A DNA stretch of 61,531 nt from a virus (IMGVR_UViG_3300049157_000049:1-61531); one strand, 5' to 3'; counted from the first letter of the stretch, positions 17,851-27,429 are shown. Translations and numbers: made by a program. The notes: a model not told the origin generated them from the sequence alone.

Positions 17851-18359
17851 TAGATATCCTCCGAACGCTGCTTGTAGCAGTCGTCGCACCAAAAAGATAA
17901 CAGGACCGCTTTGCCCCGAAAAATGTCATCTATCTGTTCGAGCGCGCCTTCAGATTCTATTATCCCCTCAGTGACGAAAGGGTCTTCGACGATGTTGCCC
18001 TGTTTTTCTTCCTTACACCTACAGCATGTGCCTTTCATGGTCTCCTCATACGAGATGATCTCCCCACGAACGCGCTCACCTTTTGCCGCTTCCGGATACG
18101 CTTGAATAATAAGCTGGTAGGCAAGCTCACAGCGTTTTTTGTGTGCGGCTTCACACGCCTCATAGCGCCCGTCAGGATACGCGGACAAGTGCTGAAAAAG
18201 CGCCGGATCCGGGTCGGTGCCTATTTTTCCCCACAATTGGCCATCACCGAACGACATGACAGTCGAATGGTTACCCCCGACTTTTGACGGCATCCACGCT
18301 GCGAAAACCCACGGGCCGGTCGATGAATAGAGTTGGGTTCGGGTAATTTTGAGCTTCAT
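17850..18359 (-). CDS. Hypothetical protein with C-terminal Zn-binding motifs
   Basis: ATGA overlap; CCRC...CDDC. Confidence 0.6.
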   Translation of the reverse strand: MKLKITRTQLYSSTGPWVFAAWMPSKVGGNHSTVMSFGDGQLWGKIGTDPDPALFQHLSAYPDGRYEACEAAHKKRCELAYQLIIQAYPEAAKGERVRGEIISYEETMKGTCCRCKEEKQGNIVEDPFVTEGIIESEGALEQIDDIFRGKAVLLSFWCDDCYKQRSEDI

Positions 18360-18595
18360 GTTCGTCGTACCTTTCGTCCAATCTTGAAAAGGCGCCCGTA
18401 AAGGCGATCCGCAAACTGCTCGTATGTTGTGGCTTCTTCTTCGGCGGCGGCGCGCTCGTCATCTGTGAGGTTGTAGTCAACCGAGGCGTAATGGATGTCG
18501 TTTAAGATGGTCCCGAGACCTTCGTTCACCAGATCGCTCAAGATGTTCATCTCCTCGGCGGACAACCGGAGACGGAGCTCGTAGGGTCTATGCAT
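18356..18595 (-). CDS. Hypothetical protein
   Basis: Operon context; AAGG RBS. Confidence 0.55.
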   Translation of the reverse strand: MHRPYELRLRLSAEEMNILSDLVNEGLGTILNDIHYASVDYNLTDDERAAAEEEATTYEQFADRLYGRLFKIGRKVRRT

Positions 18596-18614
18596 CGGTC
18601 AACCTTTCCCTTTC

Positions 18615-19133
18615 TTAGGCAATACACCCAATAGACCGCGCGATGCGGCGCAAGTCTTCTCTTAGACTTTTCACGGAGTCCGCGCCATCGTGCATACATT
18701 GCAGCTGTTCCGCGAAGTCGTATAGGTACTTACTCTCGCCTTCAAGTCCCAGAAACCAACCCAACTCTTGCATTATGTCCTGAAGGAGCATTTCGTCCGT
18801 TAGTTCGTCCGTTAGTATAGAATCTCTCAGCGATACGTGCTTACGGTCGTAACGTGTACGGTATTGATTGTCGGGGATCGACGCACCGATTGCACAGCGG
18901 ACCTTTCCAGTCGCCTTCCCATTAAGTCGGTAAAAGCACCCGTTTCCTGATTTGCGCGAGAGTCTTGCACCCTTCTGCCCAAAATGGTCAATCGCATTTA
19001 GCAACAACGCGCGTTTTCGCCGCTCTAATGTACCTGTGATCTGTAGCATGTGTCTTCTTGTCATCGCTTGATGCTCCGATTTCTTCCGGGAGTCCCTTTG
19101 ATCTCCCTCATGCCTTGCCCCCTCCTTTGACAA
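18615..19133 (-). CDS. Conserved phage hypothetical protein
   Basis: GCFYR...RCAIGASIP...LQCMHD pattern; true start may be downstream. Confidence 0.6.
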   Translation of the reverse strand: MSKEGARHEGDQRDSRKKSEHQAMTRRHMLQITGTLERRKRALLLNAIDHFGQKGARLSRKSGNGCFYRLNGKATGKVRCAIGASIPDNQYRTRYDRKHVSLRDSILTDELTDEMLLQDIMQELGWFLGLEGESKYLYDFAEQLQCMHDGADSVKSLREDLRRIARSIGCIA

Positions 19134-19374
19134 GTTGGATGTCCAGTTTTTTCAGCCTCTCCAACTGCCTGGTGAGATTTATGATTTTGCGTGCCTTAAG
19201 CTCTCGCGCGCGCACAGTGGCCGCGTCGATTGAGCGATGCCAATCTCCGGGCTGGATACACTGCTCCATGTGATCGCTTGACAGCTTGATTACGCAGTAA
19301 CCGTTATCAACCTCTCTGCCCTCAATCTCCAATATCCCTGTGGTGAGTGCCCATTTCGTGATGTAGACTTTCAT
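19108..19374 (-). CDS. Hypothetical protein
   Basis: MKVYITKWALTTGI; ATGA overlap. Confidence 0.65.
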   Translation of the reverse strand: MKVYITKWALTTGILEIEGREVDNGYCVIKLSSDHMEQCIQPGDWHRSIDAATVRARELKARKIINLTRQLERLKKLDIQLVKGGGKA

Positions 19375-19601
19375 CTCTTACCCCCTTTTGACTTGACGTA
19401 GGTGGCCACGAAGTCGTAGCTCTCTCCCGCGAGCCCCTCTTCCCCCTCGCGCCGGACGATGTCGCGCTGACCGTGGCCCTCTCGGATAGTGGAGCCTTCG
19501 CCATAGAACGACACGACCGCAGCGGCGGCTTCGATTTCCTTACAGGCCGCCTGGTAGGTCCCCGTGTGGTCGTAGATCTTGTATTTCGGGCTTGCCGCCA
19601 T
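19371..19601 (-). CDS. Conserved phage hypothetical protein
   Basis: MAASPKYKIY..G.YQAACK..E.AA...GESYD; GGGGT RBS. Confidence 0.65.
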   Translation of the reverse strand: MAASPKYKIYDHTGTYQAACKEIEAAAAVVSFYGEGSTIREGHGQRDIVRREGEEGLAGESYDFVATYVKSKGGKR

Positions 19602-19612
19602 TATGGCACCCC

Positions 19613-20203
19613 CTAAGTCCTAGGTCCAATGGCCCGGGCGTTGCGCATGAGCGCCGCGCTGTTATCCCAGCCGACTATAAACCCCAGGCCGTAGCCATTC
19701 CGTGCGAAGTACAGATCCCTGCCTGCACGAGCGGCATGCCGCTCTACCTCGAAAAATGATCCGTCCTCTAAGCACCGAGTCAGAAACCGCTCGAGGTCAC
19801 CAAACACTTGCTCAGCGTTCGGCGCCCCGATCGTAAAATCCATCGGCGCATCGTCGTTGCTGACCGAACCTCGCCAGTAATCTTCCGCCTCGTGGTAGGA
19901 CTCCGTCATCTCGCGCGCCACGTTCCGGATGAGCTCCGTGCTCAGCACAAACATATCGTCCAGGACGTAGTGGTGGATCTGATGGGCACGGAGCAGCCAA
20001 TTTTCAACGTCTAGCTCGGGCTCGTTCAGATCTGCGGTCTCCACAGCCCAATGCCCGGTGGTGATCTCGTGCCCGTAGATAGCCGACACGCGCACAGCGG
20101 CTGAGGTTGCCTTTGCGCCATGGTTTTCGAGCCATCGGGCTAGCGTCCGTGATGGTTCTGTCTGTCCCCAAACGTACGCTTTCACGGCTTGCCTCCCTGC
20201 CAA
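19613..20203 (-). CDS. Hypothetical protein
   Basis: C-terminal AGRDLYFARNGYGLGF motif. Confidence 0.6.
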   Translation of the reverse strand: MAGRQAVKAYVWGQTEPSRTLARWLENHGAKATSAAVRVSAIYGHEITTGHWAVETADLNEPELDVENWLLRAHQIHHYVLDDMFVLSTELIRNVAREMTESYHEAEDYWRGSVSNDDAPMDFTIGAPNAEQVFGDLERFLTRCLEDGSFFEVERHAARAGRDLYFARNGYGLGFIVGWDNSAALMRNARAIGPRT

Positions 20204-20461
20204 ACGCGAATGTCAACCTGTAAACCCCCCTTGACTACATCGCTTAGATCCGGCCATGTGCTGTCGATTGCCACCACGTCCTCCAGGGACGTCTCGAGCT
20301 CCATCCCTCGGCCTGTCTGCTCGCCAACAATGTAGTCGATCGCCTTAAGATCTAGGCTCGGATCGCCCGACGGCGCGCGAAGCACCTTGCGGATGTCAGC
20401 TTCGAGTTTCAGCCACTGCATCTTGAACGTCCTCATGACTTGCCTCCCTTTGATTTTTTCG

Positions 20462-20725
20462 TCATGCCCGGGCCGGAGCGTAGACCCCGATGTGCCGCTC
20501 GCAAGGCGTGTAGAGGTACTCCTCGTACCGGTACCTACCCGGCTCCACAACGCGACGCTCGCGCGTCATGCACCCGCACTCCCACAGAAACTCTAGCCGG
20601 CCAACGTCTTGAGCTTCAACCCCACGAGACTCCATGATGGCTCGGATCGGTTTGGTTTCCAGGGGCTTCACTTTTTCGTTTGTCATCTTCTCTCTCCTCT
20701 TGGTTCCCGTTCCCGTGTGTCCCAT
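20462..20725 (-). CDS. Hypothetical protein
   Basis: Follows promoter 20732-20760; AGGAG RBS precedes an internal ATG at 20686. Confidence 0.55.
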   Translation of the reverse strand: MGHTGTGTKRREKMTNEKVKPLETKPIRAIMESRGVEAQDVGRLEFLWECGCMTRERRVVEPGRYRYEEYLYTPCERHIGVYAPARA

Positions 20726-20731
20726 AAGTTA

Positions 20732-20760
20732 ATAGTACGCGAGTACGCAGTATTTGTCAA
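20732..20760 (-). promoter_or_regulatory. Sigma70-like promoter TTGACA-N17-TACTAT
   Basis: Minus strand reads TTGACA aatactgcgtactcgcg TACTAT taact. Confidence 0.75.
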
Positions 20761-20761
20761 C

Positions 20762-20808
20762 AAAAAAAAAAGACCACCCCCGGGGGGAGCGCGGTCCCGG
20801 GGGCGGCC
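20762..20808 (-). terminator. Intrinsic terminator
   Basis: GGCCGCCCCCGGG/CCCGGGGGTGGTC stem followed by T10 on the minus strand. Confidence 0.75.
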
Positions 20809-20910
20809 GGCCGGAGGTACCTTATAGCTCAGCGATGGCGCGCCGGATAGCCTAGATCAAATTCATCCCGCGCATCACTGGCTCGAGTAGAGCCCCCCAC
20901 GCTTTGGGTT

Positions 20911-21132
20911 TCATTCGGCGTTTCCTGTGTCGGGCGGGTTGCTCATCCACTCCTCGGGGATAGGGAGTAGTAAGTCCCTTTTGAGTTGGTTGCCTTGCGC
21001 ACCCCCTAACCAGAGAATGAGGCTTTTCACGGCGAGTACGCCGCGCATAATGGGCACGGGGGTTTGGTCGCTGTCCAGAATCAAGTCGAACATTCTGTCA
21101 ATCTCCTTGTTGCTGCGTTGGATTCTAGACAT
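20911..21132 (-). CDS. Hypothetical protein
   Basis: Overlaps the upstream stop; AGGGG RBS. Confidence 0.55.
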   Translation of the reverse strand: MSRIQRSNKEIDRMFDLILDSDQTPVPIMRGVLAVKSLILWLGGAQGNQLKRDLLLPIPEEWMSNPPDTGNAE

Positions 21133-21775
21133 CGCTTGCCCCTTTCTGCGGTTCCTCCCTGATTTCGGGGGCTTGTAGTTGGTCGATCGCTCGGTTGATG
21201 AGCGCCCGGATGACGTCCTCTTGTGCCGTGCGCCGGAGCTTCCCGAAGACGTCCTCGATCAGCCCGCAGACGAGGTCGCGCTTGTGGGCGGCCATGACGT
21301 CAACAGGGTGGATCAGAAACTTGTCCGTTTCGAGAATGGCGAAGAGCAGGGTGCCAAGCGCGTCGAGGAATTCGAAGTCCCCTGTGTCGTTGTAGAGATC
21401 ACTCGCGAGGGTGATTGTTTCCTTGGCGGTGGTGATGCGCTTGCGGAACGCGGCCATGCTCTCGGCTGGCGGATTGGTGGCGGGCATAGGGATTTCCAGT
21501 TTCGTGTCGGGCAGCCACGCCGACGAATGGGATGCTTTCGTGTCTTGGTCGTTGCCGTCAGGCTGCGAATGGAGCTCCTCACACAGCGCGTGGAAGGCTG
21601 CCCATAGCACTGCGTGGGACGGCATCCATGGCTCCCATTCGCCCAGTGTAAGGAAACCGGCATTGCTGAGAAAGGTGAGATGCTCAATCCCGTAATGGGC
21701 CGCTTTCGTGCTCTCGTCGAGGAATCTGGTGACCCGGTATTTGCTGTCCCCCATTTCGAATTCCACTGCTCTCAT
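21125..21775 (-). CDS. Hypothetical protein
   Basis: 216-aa ORF; GGAG RBS; ATGA overlap. Confidence 0.65.
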   Translation of the reverse strand: MRAVEFEMGDSKYRVTRFLDESTKAAHYGIEHLTFLSNAGFLTLGEWEPWMPSHAVLWAAFHALCEELHSQPDGNDQDTKASHSSAWLPDTKLEIPMPATNPPAESMAAFRKRITTAKETITLASDLYNDTGDFEFLDALGTLLFAILETDKFLIHPVDVMAAHKRDLVCGLIEDVFGKLRRTAQEDVIRALINRAIDQLQAPEIREEPQKGASDV

Positions 21776-21999
21776 TTCGGTTCTCCCTTTTCCTTTTCTA
21801 TCATCACGTCAACGACCGCTTCGTCGAATTGTTCCATTACGTTGCCCGGGTAAAAAGAGCTTAGTTTCTGTAGCCTTTTTACGAGTTTGAGTCGGACTTG
21901 ATATGCGATGCCCAGCCATTCCGGCTCTGACGTGGCCTTCTCTGGTTGTTTTTTCTCTGTCATTTCGTTGTTCCTCTTACGCTTCAAACGCCAATGCCA

Positions 22000-22404
22000 T
22001 TAGCACTTCTTGTTGAAGGCGAGATTGCGGATCTGGTGGGCGGGGATGAACAGATCGCCATCTGCCAGCTCGATGTAGGCGCCGTTTTTGGCCACTTCCG
22101 CCGCGTAGAGCTCCGGGGATGTGCGGAGGGCCGGAAGATGGGTGAATTTCGCTCCAGTGACGGTGACTATTGTTACCCTGATTGCTGGATTTGGGTACGA
22201 CAGATCTACAGGCTTGTCGATTGGTGATACGAGCGCTGTCGTGTTGATTTCCTCCAAGAGTTCGTAGCACCAAGTCATGTGGCATCCCCGGTAGGATTTA
22301 GGGGGAATGGTGCTGTCGAAGGGCACCGTGACGTAGATTCCGTCAGCCCGGCGAAAGGTGATCTTGTGAGTTGGCGTCATTCGGCGTCTCCTGACTTCTG
22401 TCAT
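22000..22404 (-). CDS. Hypothetical protein
   Basis: GGAG RBS; operon context. Confidence 0.6.
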   Translation of the reverse strand: MTEVRRRRMTPTHKITFRRADGIYVTVPFDSTIPPKSYRGCHMTWCYELLEEINTTALVSPIDKPVDLSYPNPAIRVTIVTVTGAKFTHLPALRTSPELYAAEVAKNGAYIELADGDLFIPAHQIRNLAFNKKC

Positions 22405-22519
22405 TACATGCTCTCCGCGTTCAAAAATCTCTGAAAAAATTCGCGTGGGGCTTCTCCGGAGTCCCCCCTCTTTTCAGATAAATGGACTTTTTCCCTAGGG
22501 GGGGGGGGGGGTCTAGTGA

Positions 22520-23104
22520 TCAGTCCTCGGGGTCCTCGTCTAGGTCAAGCTCTTGCACGTCCATAGCGAGACGCTGACGTCGCTGGGCGCCCCGAGCCTT
22601 ATCCGCATAAGCTTCCGCTCTGTTGCGGCTGGTGTACGCAGCGACCGGAATCATGTGGCCGTCGGACGAGAGCCCGTTCTCCTCCAGCACGATGTAGACC
22701 TTCAATAGCTGTCTCCTTAGGGGGGGGGGTCCTATACGGGTCGCGATCGGTATTTGACCGCGACAAAGTACGGTGGCCTGTGATTATCCGCGTCACGGTT
22801 CAGTCTCCGGATGGCCGCCCGGGTCTGGTCAGCGGGCAGAACGCCCCAAAATGACCAAGAAAAGCCCTCGCCGTCGTACTTTTGGACTCCTCGTTCGATT
22901 ACTCTTTCGTCTGCCATGTCAGTTCTCCTACACCCAGATGGGTGCGTTGTAGGTTAGGGCCACCTTGAGCGCGGTGATGGTGGCGTCCTCATGAGAGCGG
23001 ATTGACGTCCATCGGGCTCCCTCTACCTCGGCTACTTCACCCTCCGGGCTCGTAGCCTCGGCAACGACCGTGACGGTGTAGAGAGTAGGTAGTGTGTCGC
23101 TCAT
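22520..23104 (-). other. Three small hypothetical ORFs (22520-22705, 22732-22917, 22928-23104)
   Basis: Each has an AGGAG/AGGGG RBS; tightly packed on one strand. Confidence 0.55.
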
Positions 23105-23274
23105 TGGGTGCCCCTTTCCAGCGTCTGGAGTTCTTTGCGTTTCAGCCAGATATCCGTCCCGTGTTTGTCTTGGACCCAAGCCCCGCCCTCCAATGGCACA
23201 TCACGGGTGAAGGTGTAGCCTTCATGGGCCAGCCGCTCTAGCTGCTTTTCTCGGTTACTCTTTGTCTGTTCCAT
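23101..23274 (-). CDS. 57-aa ORF absent from the track (MEQTKSNREKQLERLAHEGY...); probably leaderless
   Basis: ATG lies 6 nt after the -10 box of promoter 23281-23309; ATGA overlap with the next gene. Confidence 0.6.
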   Translation of the reverse strand: MEQTKSNREKQLERLAHEGYTFTRDVPLEGGAWVQDKHGTDIWLKRKELQTLERGTQ

Positions 23275-23280
23275 GAGTTA

Positions 23281-23309
23281 ATAGTACACTAGTATGGTGT
23301 GCATGTCAA
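23281..23309 (-). promoter_or_regulatory. Sigma70-like promoter TTGACA-N17-TACTAT
   Basis: Minus strand reads TTGACA tgcacaccatactagtg TACTAT taactc ATG. Confidence 0.75.
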
Positions 23310-23512
23310 CAGTTTATTTGCGCTGAATAGCAGATTCCCCCCTACGCCGTCTACCCCCTCCGGGGCTAGGCGGCCGCCCCCCTGGATTGGTTGACGAATG
23401 GGCAAATCCATGCTATCCTGATCTTCACCAACCGAGGGGGGTGGGGGGCTCCAACAATTTATCAGAATGTGATCTAGATCATTGACATACGCTGCGTAGA
23501 GGCTTATTATTA

Positions 23513-23555
23513 GATATAGCAAGTGATTGACGGAACGTCAATCACTTGCTATATC
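23513..23555. repeat. Perfect 20-bp inverted repeat with GAA loop
   Basis: GATATAGCAAGTGATTGACG-GAA-CGTCAATCACTTGCTATATC. Confidence 0.95.
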
Positions 23556-23578
23556 ATTATTGTAGGGTCGGATTCCTG

Positions 23579-23607
23579 TTGACAACCTAACCAGGTTAGC
23601 TTATACT
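23579..23607 (+). promoter_or_regulatory. Sigma70-like promoter TTGACA-N17-TATACT (rightward) with operator palindrome
   Basis: TTGACA acctaaccaggttagct TATACT. Confidence 0.65.
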
Positions 23608-23654
23608 ATAATGGGGGAGTGTGTGTGAGGGGGGGGGGCCTCCAGTCGCGCCCG

Positions 23655-23695
23655 TAAATCAATGAGACCAACGGAACGTTGGTCTCATTGATTTA
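23655..23695. repeat. Perfect 19-bp inverted repeat with GAA loop
   Basis: TAAATCAATGAGACCAACG-GAA-CGTTGGTCTCATTGATTTA. Confidence 0.95.
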
Positions 23696-23799
23696 ATATT
23701 AAGCCACTAAACGGCATATGTCAATGATATAGATCACAGATTGATAGAGGGCAAAGTACTTTGTTTCGCAAAGGCGATAGATGGATCTCCCCCCATTAT

Positions 23800-23828
23800 A
23801 GTATAACCCAAGCCGGTTAGGTTGTCAA
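23800..23828 (-). promoter_or_regulatory. Sigma70-like promoter TTGACA-N17-TATACT (leftward); inverted copy of 23579-23607
   Basis: Minus strand reads TTGACA acctaaccggcttgggt TATACT. Confidence 0.65.
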
Positions 23829-23891
23829 CCCTTGGCCGAGCGAGGTTGACCCCGGAGGGGGTCAACCGAGCGAGGATAGGGGGAGGGGTGC

Positions 23892-24878
23892 TCAGGTAGA
23901 GGTTGATTTGGTGGGGGGCGACGGGGTGACGTCGATGGTTTCCGCTAGGGCGCGATCCATCGCTTCGGAGTATTCGATGTACATTTGTTCCACATTGATA
24001 ACTGGTTTTACTGTAGGAGCCCGCTCTTTCTCACGAGCACGTTCCGCCCGCTCAACAGGGTCAAAGATTTTGATTTTCGCGAGAGTGTCAAGTGCGTCTT
24101 TGCGGTTGTAGAATTCGAATTCTGTATAGACATCTCTTTTATTTGTGTCAGGATCAATTACGACTTTTTGTCTTACTTTACGTATACAAGGCATTACCTT
24201 ATCAAGCTCACCAGTTGATAGATGATCAAGGGTAATTTCGTATTGTCCTGACGAATTCTTTTTTGTAATTACAGCAGGATTAAATTCAGCTATCTCCTGA
24301 ATACGTAAGGTTATGTCATTACAACTATACTCAAGTGAATTCGAAAGACGCTCGCTTTCGAGCGCGAGCGACGCCTTGACCTTCTTCCTTGCCAAAATGT
24401 TCCTAGATTGCACATTTGCCCGTTTTCTGCTAAATCCCGCATTTACCGCGCTTTGGATGCGGTCTCCGGCAGCGTCGCCCCAGATATATTCCAGCACAAA
24501 CTTATAAACCTTTGGAGGCAACTTATACGGATTTTTGACGTCATATGACGACTTTTCCGCGAGTAATCTTTCAACTGAACCTGATAAATTCGCCTGCTGC
24601 CGCGAAAAATCGCCAAATTCCGGCAATTTTGAGTTCTTCTGGACGGATTCCCGGGTCGATAAGCTGACGAGCTGTTGATCTGATAGATCCCCCACTGAAT
24701 CTGCCGCGGATTTCGCCGCTGACTCGAGTGCGCGGGTTTCCCGCTTCTCGGCGGACTCGGTGCGCTTGCGAGCTCGCGACCGCGCATGTGGCGACTTGGA
24801 TGCGGAGTCTATGCCCGCATCGTCCGGCGCGGAAAGGAAGAAGCCCTTTCGGCGAGTGCGTTTGGGTCGATCGCTCAT
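23892..24878 (-). CDS. terS: Terminase small subunit with long N-terminal extension
   Basis: KFVLEYI...IQSAVNAGFSRKRA....RNILARKKVKA HTH, IQEIAEFN, FYNRKDALDTLAK match the TerS pattern. Confidence 0.75.
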   Translation of the reverse strand: MSDRPKRTRRKGFFLSAPDDAGIDSASKSPHARSRARKRTESAEKRETRALESAAKSAADSVGDLSDQQLVSLSTRESVQKNSKLPEFGDFSRQQANLSGSVERLLAEKSSYDVKNPYKLPPKVYKFVLEYIWGDAAGDRIQSAVNAGFSRKRANVQSRNILARKKVKASLALESERLSNSLEYSCNDITLRIQEIAEFNPAVITKKNSSGQYEITLDHLSTGELDKVMPCIRKVRQKVVIDPDTNKRDVYTEFEFYNRKDALDTLAKIKIFDPVERAERAREKERAPTVKPVINVEQMYIEYSEAMDRALAETIDVTPSPPTKSTST

Positions 24879-25020
24879 TTAAACCCCCGATACGTAGCAG
24901 ACGATGAGTGCGGTGGCGCCTACGATGGCTACGGTCGCCAAGGCAGCGTAGAGCGCCCAATCCATGAATCGGCCGAGGGAGGGCTGATAGCGGTCAGGGG
25001 AAAGCTCCCGTCGCGCCTGG

Positions 25021-25404
25021 TCAGCTCTCATCGGAGCTCCCCTCTTCGCTGCCAAGGGCCGCCAGCACGAAGCAGTCCTTAGCCTCGAGGAGCTTGCGGA
25101 GCCCCCGCGTCTTCTCGTCACAATCCGGAAGTTGATGATCCAGCATGTTCGCCAACCCCGCACACGCGTCAGACACTTTGCGAAGCGGTTGAGGTAAATG
25201 ATTCGATTTGAAGTATTTAAGCAACGGGTTGATGATACGCTCCATTGCGGTAATCCTTTCTTGTTGGTCGTTGATGTGGTACAGGTGCTCGTAGCTCCGG
25301 TCGCTCCGGTCGCGCTGATAAGCTAGGATGCCGCAATTCTGGCACAGAGCCATTCTGGCGGCGGCCCCGCTTCGCATCGGTTTAGAGCAGTTCGGACATT
25401 CCAT
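25021..25404 (-). CDS. Zn-ribbon fused to a conserved helical-hairpin phage domain
   Basis: GAGGTG RBS; CPNC..CQNC, then LLKYF..HLP...EKTRGLRKLLEAKDCFV. Confidence 0.65.
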   Translation of the reverse strand: MECPNCSKPMRSGAAARMALCQNCGILAYQRDRSDRSYEHLYHINDQQERITAMERIINPLLKYFKSNHLPQPLRKVSDACAGLANMLDHQLPDCDEKTRGLRKLLEAKDCFVLAALGSEEGSSDES

Positions 25405-25409
25405 CGTTA

Positions 25410-25745
25410 TCACCTCGAAACGGCAGAGCACCAGTCTTTCGATTCGAGCTCATTCGTTTCGTTTACGAAGCTCTGAATCTCCGCCTTGAAAGAATCGAAG
25501 TCTTGCACGCGGTAAGCAATATCGACCAAGATCTCGTGGAAGGTGTCCCGGAATCTCGCGTGCGCTTCTTTGAAGGTCTCCCCTCCCTCTGCCAAACCTC
25601 CGGGCTGCACACCGTTCATCCACCAGCCGTCTTCTTCTTTCACCATAAGAGCCCTCCCTCTGGAGCATACCTCAGCGAAGAAACCGCTTCCCTTCACAAA
25701 GTGCCGATACGTAAAGATTAACGGGTATTCCTGGACGGGTTCCAC
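25410..25745 (-). CDS. HicB-like fold protein
   Basis: GGAG RBS with GTG start; KEEDGWW..V.PG...GGETFKEAH resembles the HicB N-terminal motif. Confidence 0.45.
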   Translation of the reverse strand: MEPVQEYPLIFTYRHFVKGSGFFAEVCSRGRALMVKEEDGWWMNGVQPGGLAEGGETFKEAHARFRDTFHEILVDIAYRVQDFDSFKAEIQSFVNETNELESKDWCSAVSR

Positions 25746-25759
25746 TTCGTCTCCTCCCT

Positions 25760-27131
25760 TCAGAGCTCCCTCAATGGTAGCAGAAGCCCACAATCCGAGC
25801 ACTGGCTCACTTGGATTTCAGAGACGCGCTCGGTCACCCCCCGACATTTGGGGCACTCCGCCCGCCCGGTCCGGTAGACGGACAGGATCTCCCCGGCGGA
25901 AAAAACCAGGATCGCGCCGCAGGTACCGCAATCCCCCCGCGAGTTCCATTCGTTCATATGGCCAGCGAGCTCACCACACCGGGGGCACTCCGCCGTTCCA
26001 TTGATGAAATTCTCGTGCGTTAGGGCTGTGGTGCCGTTCACGGCTGAACTCCCCAGAGAATCAGCGCGGAAACCGCTATCGCCCCCGCCACGAGCACCGC
26101 GAGAACCGCATACCTGGTGGGCTCACCGTCTACCGCTTCGGCGAGCACTTGCACTGAAATCTTGGTCGTCGTATCGCATAACGGGCACACGACGTAGAAC
26201 CTTTCTCCCCAAGGGCGCGCCGCGTGGTAGTCCGGGACGGTCAATAGCGCGCGGCATTTGGTATTGGCACAACGAACCTCCGCCAATCCGCTCATAGCAA
26301 ACCTCTCAGCCCTTCTCTGATCAACATCATGACCGCGAACACCGCTGCAATTGTCATGGTGATTGTAAGGATAACCCAAAGAACCCCAAAAACCATCTCG
26401 GCTGCCGTTTCCAACCGTCGGTATCTACGGAAGCCACACCTGATACACCGATACGTCAATTTAGATCTCCCCCCTTGGGCATAGCGGGCTTCCCACGCTC
26501 GCAGAGCGCGTGCCTCTCTTGCGTGATTCCAAAGTCGTACGGTCGGCCACATGTGCAGGCGATTCGGTCTGTGTCTTCCAAAATAACCCCCTCATTCAAC
26601 TTGTTTTGTGACCACCTTAAACTCAATTTGGCACCGAGCTCCGCAGTACGGGCATACGACTCCGCCATAGAGCCCTTGGAATGTCGTCAGCTTGTCAGCG
26701 GTGATGTCGAATCCCTCGCTACACTGCCAACACACCACGTTACTATTGTCTACCGTGTATGACGGCATAGGGTCAGGTTCGCGTGGGTTAAAATCGACCT
26801 CAAATTGTACCGGCTCGTCCAATTGCTTCGCCCATCCTTCATCAAGGCTTCCAAGTGTTGTGAACTCCCGCACTTGGTCTGGCAATCCAGTCCTTAGCAT
26901 CGTTTGCCGGACTCGCGCTTCCTCACTGAGGTCGTCCAGTTTATCGGCGATGTTCTTACCAGTAACCCCAACGAATGTGTCGAGCTTGCGGCGGGCGACC
27001 GTCGCCAAATGAGACAAAGTCTGACTCATTCCGATGCGCTGAACGATTGAAACAAGAGACTCTAAAACGTGTTCTCTTTCCATTACAGAAAATGCCTCCC
27101 GCTGCGCCATCCACAGCCACGATCGGGGCAT
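25760..27131 (-). other. Cluster of small Zn-ribbon (CxxC-rich) hypothetical ORFs (25760-26041, 26038-26379, 26456-26668, 26592-27131)
   Basis: Repeated CxxC pairs; overlapping, same-strand ORFs; exact starts uncertain. Confidence 0.5.
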
Positions 27132-27409
27132 ACGAATTCGGACGACTTTTCCATAAGGTCAAGCTTGCGGCCGCACTTCTCGCAGACGTAGTGTAATGAC
27201 GTATCGCTATCGCCTGTGCCCGCCCATTGCCGTTCGGGTTCTCTAGTGAGCCCTTCTCGTTTCAGATAAACCCGCAAGCGGTCGTCCAGCGACCCTTGAA
27301 GAAGTTTCGCCATCACAAGCTTCAAGAGCCGCTGTCCGGATTTCTGTAATTCTAATATCCTAGCTGCTAACTCGGGGTCAGCGACCTCGATCTTCAGTGT
27401 GAGTTTCAT
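27083..27409 (-). CDS. Hypothetical protein with C-terminal Zn-ribbon
   Basis: GAGGGG RBS; CEKC...CPDRGC. Confidence 0.6.
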   Translation of the reverse strand: MKLTLKIEVADPELAARILELQKSGQRLLKLVMAKLLQGSLDDRLRVYLKREGLTREPERQWAGTGDSDTSLHYVCEKCGRKLDLMEKSSEFVCPDRGCGWRSGRHFL

Positions 27410-27429
27410 TTCGCCCCTCGTCGCCCTAT

